In this document: one piece after another, positions 40,021-52,986 of the stretch | Layout of the letters: every line of letters begins with the position of its first letter | Position numbering within the stretch: position 1 is the first letter of the stretch | Source of the DNA: Anaeramoeba ignava BMAN | Taxonomy: Eukaryota > Protista > Anaeramoebae | Assembly: GCA_028826165.1 (NCBI GenBank) | Contig: JAPDFW010000053.1 | Span: 434,001-498,000, forward strand | DNA length: 64,000 nt | Direction: 5' to 3' | The notes under the pieces: model-generated | Databases searched by the model: none | Seen by the model: the letters and a program-made list of their open reading frames with translations, nothing else | Told to the model about the DNA's origin: nothing | Translations under genes and position numbers: made by a program

Positions 40021-40700
40021 TTAAATAACAAAAATATTAGTTGAATCTTCTTTTTCATGAATTTGCATACTAATTATAAAAATTAAAATAAAAATTAAAA
40101 TTAAAATTAAAATTAAAATCAAAATCAAAGAAATAAAAGTACTTTGAATAAGTAATTGCTTTAATTTCAGTTCCTCTATAATCACGATGTTTTTCCATAT
40201 TAAATATTTCTCCAAATCCTTTTGCTTTAATTTTCCAATTATTATTTCTTTCAAAATCAATAATTTCAATTTTTTTCAAAATAAAAAATTCAGTTGAAAA
40301 AACAAAAAGCCATTCATCAAGAAAATTATAAAGTAAAGATTCTTTATCATGACCAGTAACTTCAATTTCATGTTCACTTTCTATATCAACATGATCAATT
40401 TCAACAATATAGTTTTGCATTCCAAGTGCGAAACCCATTCAAAAGCTTCTTTCATATTTTTTCCCCCTAACAATTTATATTTGAATTATTTATATTTAAA
40501 TTATTTGTATTTATTTATATTTAATTTATTTATATTTAAATTATTTATATTTATATTTAAATTATATTTATATTTAAATTATATTTATATTATTTATATT
40601 TAAATTATTTATATTTAAATTATTTATATTTATATTTTTGCAAACAAGAATGTATTTGTATATCTGCTGTATGATCAAGATATTCAAATTGTTTTTGCAT
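40021..40700 (-). CDS. Archease (RtcB tRNA ligase cofactor), 3 exons, frameshift near 40430
   Basis: Exons 40700-40646, 40466-40143, 40069-40021: FEYLDHTADIQIHSWG, LLYNFLDEWLF, GTEIKAITYSNMQI. Confidence 0.9.
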
Positions 40701-40802
40701 TTTTAATTAAATTTCAAAAGAAAAAAAATGGAAAAGAAAAAAATGAAAAAAAAAATTTTAATTCATTTTTCCTTTTTCTTTTTCTTTTTCTTTAAATCTA
40801 AA

Positions 40803-43800
40803 ATGGGTATTCAATTTTTAGCTTTAGGTGCAGGTAGAATGGTTGGTAGAAGTTGTTTAATTGTAACAATGGGTAATAAAACAATTATGCTTGATTGTGG
40901 TGTTCATTTAGGAAAGAAAGAAGAACGTTTCCCAGATTTTTCACAAATAAAAACTAAAATTGATTGTGTGATTATAAGTCATTTGTAATTATATTAAATC
41001 CAATTTAAATCCAATTTTAAATTCAATATTAAATACAATTTTAAATACAATTTTAAATACAATTTTAAATACAATTTTAAATACAATTTTAAATTTTAAA
41101 TACAATATTAAATCCAATATTAAATACAATTTTAAATACAATATTAAATCCAATATTAAATACAATTTTAAATACAATTTTAAATTCAATATTAAATACA
41201 ATTTTAAATACAATTTTAAATTCAATTTTAAATACAATTTTAAATCCAATATTAAATACAATTTTAAATACAATTTTAAATTCAATTTTAAATACAATTT
41301 TAAATACAATTTTAAATACAATTTTAAATTCAATTTTAAATTCAATTTTAAATACAATTTTAAATACAATTTTAAATACAATTTTAAATTCAATATTAAA
41401 TACAATTTTAAATACAATTTTAAATACAATTTTAAATTCAATTTTAAATACAATTTTAAATCCAATTTTAAATTCAATTTTAAATACAATTTTTAAATAC
41501 AATTTTAAATACAATTTTAAATACAATTTTTAAATACAATTTTAAATCCAATTTTAAATTCAATTTTAAATACAATTTTAAATACAATTTTAAATTAATT
41601 TTAAATACAATTTTAAATACAATTTTAAATACAATTTTAAATACAATTTTAAATACAATTTTAAATACAATTTTAAATACAATTTTAAATACAAATTTTA
41701 AATTCAATTTTAAATACAATTTTAAATTACCGAATTTTAAATACAATTTTAAATTCAATTTTAAATACAATTTTAAATACAATTTTTAAATACAATTTTT
41801 AAATACAATTTTAAATTCAATTTTAAATTCATTTAAATTTTAAATTCAATTTTAAATTCAATTTTAAATTCAATTTTAAATACAATTTTAAATTCAATTT
41901 TAAATCCAATTTTAAATTCAATTTTAAATACAATTTTAAATTCAATTTTAAATACAATTTTAAATTCAATTTTAAATACAATTTTAAATACAATTTTAAA
42001 TACAATTTTAAATTCAATTTTAAATACAATTTTTTAAATTTAAATTTTAAATCCAATTTTAAATTCAATTTTAAATTCAATTTTAAATTCAATATTAAAT
42101 ACAATTTTAAATTCAATTTTAAATACAATTTTAAATACAATTTTAAATACAATTTTAAATTCAATTTTAAATACAATTTTAAATACAATTTTAAATACAA
42201 TTTTAAATACAATTTTAAATACAATTTTAAATCCAATTTTAAATTCAATTTTAAATTCAATTTTAAATTCAATTTTAAATTCAATTTTAAATTCAATTTT
42301 AAATACAATTTTAAATTCAATATTAAATACAATTTTAAATTCAATTTTAAATACAATTTTAAATTCAATTTTAAATTCAATTTTAAATCCAATTTTAAAT
42401 CCAATTTTAAATACAATTTTAAATACAATTTTAAATACAATTTTAAATTCAATTTTAAATCTAATATTAAATACAATTTTAAATACAATATTAAATACAA
42501 TTTTAAATACAATTTTAAATCCAATTTTAAATTCAATTTTAAATCTAATATTAAATAGTCATTTAGATCATTGTGGAGCTCTTCCTTATTTTACAGAAAA
42601 AATTGGGTTTGAATTTCTTGTTTTTTAAATAATAAAAAATATAATCTGAACTTTATTTTAATAAATGCAACTTTTTATCACAAAATTTAGATATTCAGGT
42701 CCAATATACATGACAGTATGATCTTTAAGAAGAATTTATCATATTCAAAATATAAAATATATAAAATATATAAAATATATAAAATATCCAAAATATACAA
42801 AATATATAAAATATACAAAATATATAAAATATATCAAAATATATAAAATATTCAAAATATATAAAATATTCAAAATATATAAAATATATAAAATATATAA
42901 AATATCTAAAAATATATAAAAATATCCAAAATATTTAAAAATATCTAAAATATTCAAAAATATCTAAAAATATCCAAAAATATTCAAAATATATAAAATA
43001 TTCAAAATATATAAAATATCTAAAATATAAAATATATAAAATATCCAAAATATATAAAATATCTAAAATATAAAATATATAAAATATCTAAAATATATAA
43101 AATATCTAAAATATATAAAATATATAAAATATCTAAAATATATAAAATATCTAAAATATAAAATATATAAAATATATAAAATATTCAAAATAATATCAAT
43201 AGACACCGACAAAAGCAATATGTCCTATTATTTTAGAAGATTATGTTCATGTAACTTCAGATTCGAATGAAGAAACACCATTTTTTTCATCACAAATGAT
43301 CAAAGATTCAATGAATAAAGTAATAGGAATCAACTTTCTTGAAACAATTGAAATTGAGGAAGATTTTGAAATACGAGCATATTATGCAGGTCATGTTCTT
43401 GGTGCTGCATTATTTTATGTTCGTGTTGGACAAGAAAGTATTGTTTATACTGGTGATTTTAGTATGACTTCAGATCAACATCTTGGTTCAGCTTCAATTG
43501 AAAAACTCAATCCAGACCTTTTAATTACAGAATCTACTTATGGCCATTCAATTAGAGATCCAAAATCTTCTCGTGAAAAACATTTCTTGAAATTAATTCA
43601 TGAGCATATTGATAAAGGTGGAAAAGTGTGTTCTAGATTAAAATCAAAATCAAAATCAAAATCAAAATTCAAAATTAAAAATCAAAATTAAAATCAAAAT
43701 CAAAAATCAAAATCAAAATTAAAATCAAAATCAAAATTAAAATTAAAATTAAAATTCAAATTAAAATTAAATTTAAAATCAAAATAAAAATTAAAATCAA

Positions 43801-45864
43801 AATCAAAATTAAAATTAAAATTAAAATTAAAATTAAATTTAAAATCAAAATAAAAATTAAAATCAAAATCAAAAATTAAAATTAAAATTAAAATTAAAAT
43901 TAAAATTAAAAATCCAAAATTAAAATTCAAATTAAAATTAAATTTAAAATTAAAATTAAAATTAAAATCAAAATTAAAATTAAAATTAAAACCAAAATCA
44001 AAATCAAAATCAAAATCAAAATCAAAATCAAAATTAAAATTAAAATTAAAATTAAAATTAAAATCAAAATTAAAATTAAAATCAAAATTAAAAATCAAAA
44101 TTAAAATCAAAATTAAAATCAAAATTAAAATCAAAATTAAAATTAAAATTAAAATTAAAATTAAAATTAAAATTAAAATTAAAATTAAAATTAAAATTAA
44201 AATTAAAATTCAAAATTAAAATTAAAATCAAAATATTTAGGTTTTAATTCCTGTATTTTCTCTTGGAAGAGCACAAGAGTTATGTATTTTATTAGAAACA
44301 TATTGGGAAAGAATGGGATTAGATGTTCCTATTTATTTAGCAACAGGACTTGCAGAAAAAGCAAATGAATTTTATAAAATATTTTCAAATTGGATGAATC
44401 AAGAACTTAAAGATTCAGTTTTAAAAAAAAATAGAAATGTTTTTGAATTTCGACATATAAAACCATTTGATAGAACAAAAGTGAGTATTGAAACACCTGG
44501 ACCAATGGTTATGTTTGCTTCTCCTGGAATGCTTCATTCAGGTTTTTTTATAACAAAATTTTTATCCGATTTTAATTTTAAATTTTAATTTAATTTTAAT
44601 TTTAAATTTAATTTTAATTTTATCCGATTTTAATTTTAAATTTTAATTTTGATTTTAATTTAAATAGGAACTTCTCTTGCTATTTTTCGTATTTGGGCTC
44701 CTTTAGAAAAAAATTTAGTAATTATTCCTGGTTATTGTGTTTCTGGAACTGTTGGTTCAAAATTATCCGAAACTGGACCTCATCGAGTAAGTTAATAAAT
44801 TTTTATCCGATTTTAATTTTGGTTTTGATTTTAATTTTAATTTTAATTTTTATCCGATTTTAATTTTGATTTTGATTTTAATTTTAATTTTTAATTTTAA
44901 TTTTAATTTTAATTTTAATTTTAATTTTAATTTTAATTTTAATTTTAATTTTAATTTTATAAATGAATTTTAATTTTAATTTTATTTTTAAAATTTTTGA
45001 ATTTTTATTTTTAATTTTAATTTTAATTTTAATTTTAAATTTAATTTTAATTTTATTTAAAATTGATTTGAATTTTAAATTAAATAGGTAGAAATAGGAA
45101 AAGGTGAAGAAATTCAAGTAAATTGTAAAGTAAAATTTGTTAGTTTTAGTGCACATGCAGATATGATGGGAATAATTCATTTAATCAAACAATGCGAACC
45201 AAAAAAAATCGCATTAGTTCATGGAGAATTTGGGAACATGTCCATTTTAAGAAATCAGATTCAACGCTTAACAAAAATACCTTGTTCTCTTCCAAAAACT
45301 GGACAAATTGAATTTTTTGAAACAATTCCAAAAACTGAAATCAAAATATCAAGAAAATTAATTCAAAATGAACTAAAATTAACAAAAAATGATAACTTTA
45401 TGAAATTTTCAAAATACCAATTGCACAACTTTAAAAGAGTTAAGGTTTCCGAAAATGAAAATTGGATCAATGGAATCACATTAACAAAACGCAATAATCA
45501 AAACTCAAATAATATTTCCAAAATCTATTTTCTTGATCCTGAAAAAACAATCGAAAAAACAAATCTAGTTCGACATAAAATGAAATTTTTAGAGACTTTA
45601 CAACTTCAACAAGAAATGATTCCTCAGAGAAACTCCGAAAAAGAAGAGAGTATTATTCAAGTTATTGCTAATGAATTGAAGCAAATTCTTGTTGGTGATT
45701 ATGATTATGATGTTTTTGTTGATCAAAACGATATCAAAGTTGCTGGAACTTCAATTAAAATTAATTCAAAAAATCAACAAAATATTGTAATTGAATGGGA
45801 ATTTGAAGACGAAGATATTGCTCTGCGAACCATTGGGGTTTTAAAACAAAGAATATGCAAATAA
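40803..45864 (+). CDS. INTS11: Integrator subunit 11 / CPSF3-like beta-CASP endonuclease, 7 exons
   Basis: Exons 40803-40984, 42559-42606, 42691-42715, 43203-43625, 44241-44541, 44668-44786, 45088-45864 give [47 protein letters not shown] and LVHGE. Confidence 0.9.
40990..42555. repeat. Intronic 12-mer satellite (AAATACAATTTT)
   Basis: Fills INTS11 intron 1; source of the LKLY/KIVF ORFs. Confidence 0.95.
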
Positions 45865-45997
45865 ATTTTATTTCCATTTTTTAAATAAAAATTTATCAAA
45901 ATTAGTAATTTTTTAAAATAATTGTTTTTATTTATTTTTTTTTTATTTATTTTTTTTTTCATTTTTTTTTCATTTTTTTTGATTGTTTCAACAAGAA

Positions 45998-47896
45998 ATG
46001 AAAAAACAAAAATTTGTTAAACATCCTTGGCATTTTATTTCTCTTGGCACAAATCCACCAAATTCAGTTAATGCAGGTTTATTTTTAAATTCAAAAAAAT
46101 AAATTTTTTTATTATTTAAAAAAAAAAAACTTTTTTTCACATTTAAATTGTTCTTAATTAAATTTATTAACAGTAATTGAAACACCAATTGGTTCTCGTT
46201 TTAAATCTGAAATAAATAAATCTGGAGCTTTATCAGTTTGTCGTTTTCTTGTTTCATATGTTTATCGTATAAAATTATTTATAAAATTATTTATAAAATT
46301 ATTTATAAAATTATTTATAAAATTAAATATAAAATTATTTATAAAATTATTTATAAAATTATTTATAAAATTATTTATAAAATTATTTATAAAATTATTT
46401 ATAAAATTATTTATAAAATTATTTATTATAATTTAATAAAATTATTTATAAAATTATTTATAAAATTAAATATAAAATTATTTATAAAATTAAATATAAA
46501 ATTATTTATAAAATTAATTATTTAAAATTATTTATAAAATTAAATATAAAAAAATTAAAATTATATAAAATTATTTTATAAAAATTATTTATAAATTATT
46601 TATAAAATTATTTATAAAAAATTAAAATATATAAAAATTATTTATAAAATTATTATTTATATACAAAATTATTTTAAAATTAATTATAAAATTATTTTAT
46701 AAAATTATTTATAAAATTATTTATAAAATTATTTATAAAATTATTTATAAAATTATTTTAAAAATTTATTTATTATTTATTTAAAAATTTTAAAATTATT
46801 TATAAAATTATTTATAAAATTATTTATAAAAATTTTATTTATTTTAAAATTATTTATAAAATTAATTTATAAAATTATTTATAAAATTATTTATAAAATT
46901 AATAAAATTATTTATAAAATTATTTATAAAATTATTTATTAAATTATTTATAAAATTAAATATAAAATTATTTATAAAATTATTTATAAAATTAAATATA
47001 AAATTATTTATAAAATTATTTATAAAATTATTTATAAAATTAATTATAAAATTATTTATAAAATTAAATATAAAATTAATTATTAAATTATTTATTTATA
47101 AAATTTTTTCCTTTTTTTAATTAGCTGCTAATTATGGTTTTATTCCACAAACATTGGGATTAAATCATAAACCATTAAAAATTTTAGTTTTAATGCAAGC
47201 ACCAGTAAATATAAATAAATCTAAATAAATATAAATAAATAATTAAATAAATATAAAAAATTGAATATAAAATTGAATATAAATTTTTGAATTTAATTTT
47301 TTTAGGTTGTTCCTTTAACATTTCTCTCAGTTCGCCCAATAGGATGTCTTCCAACTGTTGATGGAGGATATTCAGATGATAAAATTATTGCAATTTATGA
47401 GCACGATCCTGAATATGCACAAATAAAATCGATTAACGAACTTCCATTTCATCTTTTACTTGGAATCATGAAATTTTTTGATTCATATAAAAATTATGAA
47501 GATACTGAAGTCAAAGTTTTAAAACCAGAAGATTCAACTTATGCTTTTAAACTTATTGAAGAAGGTCATGAAAGATATAAAAGGATTTATGCAGATATTA
47601 TGGAAAAATCACAAAAAGAACATCAAGAATATCAAGAATTTATGAAAAAAAAAAATAAATTGATGAATATTTCTTTTTCTTTAAATGAAAATCAAAATGA
47701 AAATCAAAAATCAAATTTGTTTGAAAATAAAGAAAATATTTCAAATTTAGACCAAATTGAAAATCAAGAAAACAAAGAATTCTTAAATTTACTTTCAGGT
47801 TTTCAATCAAATCAAGAAAAAAAAGAAATTCAAGAAATTCAAATTATTGATGAAAAAAAAGAAAATGAAGAAAATCAAGACAATCAACAAAAATAA
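45998..47896 (+). CDS. Family I soluble inorganic pyrophosphatase-like protein with a degenerate active site, 4 exons
   Basis: Exons 45998-46076, 46174-46266, 47125-47204, 47306-47896: HPWH, VIETPIGSRFKSE, YPANYGFIPQTL, DDKIIA, DPEY, FFDSYKNYE. Confidence 0.9.
46267..47100. repeat. Intronic 12-mer satellite (AAAATTATTTAT)
   Basis: Fills intron 2 of the PPase-like gene. Confidence 0.9.
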
Positions 47897-48026
47897 TTTA
47901 AAAAATCTTTGAATCAAAATTAAAATTTTTTTTACTTTTCATTCTTTTAAAAATTTTCAAAACATTCGAAAAAAAAAATCATTAAAAAATACATTTAAAT
48001 TTTAATTGAAATTTTATTTTTAATTT

Positions 48027-49101
48027 TTAAAAATCAATATTCCATTCATTTCCATTTTCAAATTGATTTTCATTTTCAAATTCATTTTCAAATTGATTTC
48101 CATTTTCAAATTCATTTTCAAATTCATTTCCAAATTCATTTTCAAATTCATTCATTTTCATTTTCAAATTCATTTTCATTTTCAAATTGATTTGTTTCTT
48201 GAATATTTGAAATAACATTATTTGCTATTTTTTGAACTGAATTTATCACTTTTTTTCCACTTTTTGTAATTTTTGAAAAAGTTGATCCAATTATATTTGA
48301 AATTTTATTCCAATCAAAAGAATTCCAAGTTGTACATTTTGAATTTTCTAAAGAATTAAAATTTTTGGATTTTTTATCAATTTGATTTTCAATTTGATTT
48401 TGAATTTGATTTTGATTTTCAAATTGATTTTCTTCTTCTTTTGAAAGATTTTCTGTATTTATTTTTGATTTTTGTTCTTTTAATTTTTGGAAACTTCTTA
48501 ATGATAAATTTTTTCGATTTTGAAAATTTTTTTTTCTTAAATATTGAGGTTTAAAAGTATCATTTTGGAATAAATTATTTGAATTATTTTGGATTAAATT
48601 ATTTGTATCATTTTGGATTAAATTATTTGAATTATTTTGAATTGAATCATTTGTATCATTTAAATCATCTTCGTTTGAATCATTTTGAATTAGATCATCT
48701 TCGTTTGAATCATTATCAATTAAATCATTTGGATTATCTTCATTTTCTAAACATAAATCATCCAAATGTTTTTTATAAAGAAGAGCAGCTTTAGAATGAT
48801 ATTTTTGATCTAAATCAAGATCATAAATTTGATTTTTTTTAAAAAATTGAAGAGCGCGAAAATTTCCACCATTTTTCATTCTTTTAATTTGATTTGATTT
48901 CCATGAATCCAAATTAGTTGATCTAACAAAAGTAATATCAACTGTTAATCCTCTATGAAAACCTGAACATTTTAAACAAACAAAAGTCCCAAAACCAAGT
49001 GAAGCCCAAGTTGGATTTGGCATATTACAATCAAAACATCTTCTATTTTCTGGTTTTTTCTGTAATTGTTCTAATTCTTTTTTTATTTCTTCTGTTGTCA
49101 T
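48027..49101 (-). CDS. ArfGAP domain protein (ArfGAP1/Gcs1-like)
   Basis: CFDCNMPNPTWAS..FVCLKCSGFHR..FVRSTNLDSW zinc finger. The C-terminus is probably frameshifted in an EN repeat (stop at 48148 or 48027). Confidence 0.9.
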
Positions 49102-49284
49102 TTAATTTAATTTAATTTAATTGAAAAAATTTTAAATAAAGAAAAAAAATGATCTTTTTTATTTCTTTTTTCTTTTCTTTTTCTTTTTTTTTCATAAAAC
49201 GTTTTTTGATCAAATTAAAAATAAAAGAAAAAATTTTTTCCTTTTTATTTAAAGAAGAAAAAATAAAATAGAAACAAAACAGAA

Positions 49285-49958
49285 TTAAATTTTAATTTTG
49301 ATTTAGATTTTAATTTTAATTTAGATTTTAATTTAGATTTTGGATTTTGATTTAGATTTGATTTAGATTTTAATTTAGATTTTGATTTTGATTTAGATTT
49401 AGATTTTAATTTTGATTTTGATTTTGGATTTTGGATTTTGATTTTGATTTGGATTTTGATTTTGATTTTAATTTAGATTTTGATTTTAAATTTTAATTTT
49501 AATTTTAATTTTGATTTTAATTTTGATTTTGATTTTAATTTTAATTTTAATTTTAGTTTTAATTTTGATTTTAATTTTGATTTTGATTTTGATATTGATT
49601 TTGATTTTGATTTTGATTTTGATTTTAGTTTTAGTTTTGATTTTGATTTAGATTTAGATTTTGATTTAGATTTAGATTTTGGATTTTGATTTAGATTTAG
49701 ATTTTGGATTTTGATTTTGATTTTAATTTTAATTTTGATATTGATTTTGATTTTGATTTTAATTTTGATTTTATAAATGAATTTTGATTTTGATTTTATA
49801 AATGAATTTTGATTTTGATTTTAATTTTAATTTTAATTTTAATTTTAATTTTAATTTTGATTTTGATTTTGGTTTTAATTTTGATTTTGATTTTGATTTT
49901 GATTTTGATTTTGATTTTGATTTTGATTTTGATTTTAATTTTGATTTTAATTTTGATT
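49285..49958. repeat. (TTTTGA/TTTTAA)n microsatellite
   Basis: Direct hexamer tandem, intergenic. Confidence 0.9.
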
Positions 49959-52911
49959 TTAATTTGATTTGAGTTTTCGTTTTAATTTATATTTTGGTTT
50001 TTCCTTTTCAATTTCAATTTGATTCTCATTTTCATTTTCATTTTGATTTTCATTTCCATTTTCATTTTCATTTTCATTTTCATTTTGATTTTCATTTTCA
50101 TTTTGATTTTGATTTTGATTTTGATTTTCATTTTGATTTTGATTTTCATTTTCATTTTCATTTTCATTTTCATTTTCATTTTCATTTTCATCTTCATTTT
50201 GATATTCATTTTCATTTTCATTTTGATATTCATTTTCATCTTCATTTTGTTTAGGATCATAAATGCCATATCTTTTCCTTAATTTTGCAGTTTCTGTAAT
50301 ATCTTGAGATAATTTTAAAGTTCTCCATTTTATTTCAATCCAAGATAAATCATTTTCATTTAAATCAAGTTGATTTTGTAATTTTTTTCTGTCTTGTTCT
50401 GTAAGATCATCAGTTGCTAAAAGATCATTTTGTTGATTAAATTCATTTTCAAGAGAATTTCTTTTTTCTTCTAATTTTTCAAATTCATTTGGAAAATTAA
50501 TTTTTTTTGTAATCTTTCTAAAAGTTACAACAACATCTCCATCATATTCATCTTCTATTGGGAAAAATTTAAATTTCACTTTTTGATTTGGTGATTGAAT
50601 AATTGGTAAAATTTTGTTCATTAATTTCTGTTTGAATTTTTCATCAACATATCTAAGTTCATCATCATCAGAATCTTGAAATTGCTCTTGATTTTCATTT
50701 CCATATTCATTTTCATTTTCGAATTGATCAAATTCAGATTCAAAAGAATCTTCCCAAACATTTAGATTTTCATTTTCATTTTCATTTTCATTTTCAACTA
50801 TATTAGCTGCGTTTTGATATTCATTTTGATTTTCATTTTCATTTTCATAATCATCTTGATATTCATTTTGATTTTCATATTCATTTTGATTTTCATTTTC
50901 ATATTCATTTTTGATTTTCATTTTGATTTTCATATTCATTTTGATTTTCATATTCATTTTGATTTTCATATTGATTTTGATTTTGATTTTCATCTTGATT
51001 TTCATCTTCTTTAAATTGTTTTTTGTATGATAGATAATGCAAATTATTCATTTCAGTTTCTGATTTCCTCAATTTTTCAATGTTAATATCATTTAATATA
51101 ACTGGCGTTAATCTTTTTAATTCTTCAATTTTTTCTTTTTTAACGTTTTGATAAACATCTTCTCTTACTAAATCAAAATTATTTGGAGAAGATGATAAAT
51201 TCATAATATCTATATCATTATCATTTTCATTTTCATTTTGAATTAAAACTGGAATTGAAATTGGAATTTCATTTTCACTTTGATCTTCGTTTTCATCATT
51301 CACTGAATATTCATTTGAATATTCGTTCGAGTATTCATTTGAGTATTGATTTTGATAATATATTTTGTATTCATCTGGATATTGATTTGGATTTGGATTT
51401 GTATTTGTATTTTCAATTTCATTAGAATCTTCATTGTCATATGAATATTCATTAACACTTTGATTTTGGGTTTGATTTTCAATTTTATTTTCAATTTGGT
51501 ATTCATCTGGACTTTCATAATTAATTACATAATCATCTGAATAATCATTTAAATATTGATTTAAATATTGATTTAAATATTGATATTGATATTGATTTTG
51601 ATTTTGATTTTGATTTTGATTTTGATTTTGATTTTGATTTTGATTTTGATTTTGATTTTGATTTTGATTTTGATTTTGATTTTCATTTTGATTTTCATTT
51701 TCATTTTCATTTTCATTTTGATTTTCATTTTGATTTTCATTTTCATATTCATAATTAATTACATAATCATCTGAATAATCATTCAAATTTTGATTTTGAT
51801 TTTCATTTTGATTTTCATTTTGATTTTCATTTTGATTTCCATCTTCATTTTGATAATTATAATCATAATTATATTCATACTCATTTTCATTTTCATATTG
51901 ATATTCATTTTCATTTTCATATTGATATTGATATTCATTTTCATTTTCATTTTCATTATCTCTAGGAAACTCAGCACCATAACCTTCATAAAAATCTTCA
52001 TCATAACTATAATATTCTTCTGTACCATCGGATTCATCCAAATAAGCATAATCTTCCTCCCGAACAACAATATTTTCAAGTCCTTGCAATTCCTCCATTT
52101 CATCAGAATTATCATTTAAAATTTGGATATTTTCATTTGAATCTTCTAAATCCTTTTCCACAATAACTCCCCTAATTATCCCCATTATTTTTGATGAATT
52201 ACTGATGTTTACAATACTATTTTGGGTTTGTTGAAGTGCTTGAAATTTTTCACTATTTAATCCAAATTTAATACAAACTTCTTCCATTAAATTTTTCAGT
52301 TTTTTCACTTCTTTAATTCTTTCTTGTAGATTTTCCTGCACTTCCTGAATAAATAGATTTGAATACCCAATGCCTTTCCTAACACGAGGCTTTGGCTTTG
52401 CTCCTCGTTTAATTTTCTTTTTTCCCTTTTTTGAATGCTTTGAAATTTTTTTTTTTGGAGTTGCTCTTTGTTTGACATTTTGGGTTTTTGCGTTTTTCAT
52501 TAATTTATCGTTGTTTTTGATGCTATTTAAATTGTAAATTTCAGTATCATTTATTGGGAAAAAATCTGTAATTGGCTTTAAATTATTTTGCTGCTCATTT
52601 TTTGTATTTTGATCATTTTTTTCATCCAGTTTTTTTCCTGATTGCTTTTTTTTTGACTTATTTTTATTTGCTATTAAAATAGCTTGAGACTCATTTGCTA
52701 AGTTGCTTGTTTTGCTCAATTCTTTTTGCTGTGTTTTTGGTGTGTTTGGTGCGTTTTTTTGTTTTTTGTTCTGGTTTTTTTTGAATGTTGGTGTTCGTTT
52801 TTTTTTTTTGTATTTTTTCTTTTTTTGTTTTTGATTTTGTTTTTTTGTTCGAGGAGATTGTACTTTTTGTAAGTTTTGAAGATGATTATAATTAACTTGC
52901 TTATCTTGCAT
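49959..52911 (-). CDS. Hypothetical low-complexity protein (basic N-terminus, acidic EN/QN tracts, coiled segments); frameshift near 50900
   Basis: ORFs 50905-52911 and 49959-51005 overlap across an ENQNEY repeat. Non-repetitive coding islands lie between the repeats. Confidence 0.6.
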
Positions 52912-52986
52912 GAAAAGAAAAATGAAAAAAAAAAATGAAAAAAAAAATAAAATTTTCCCTATTTTATTATTTTCGCTTTTTTTTTA

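Noticed and set aside
40989-42536. Long LKLY/KIVF ORFs, and similar FN, IL, IK and INKF ORFs at 11874, 29519-30796, 43700, 49480 and 60925-62167
   Set aside because: They are translations of stop-free micro- or minisatellites lying in introns or spacers.
10741-47896. Non-canonical introns or an alternative genetic code
   Set aside because: All resolved junctions are GT-AG, and conserved proteins read without internal stops in the standard code.
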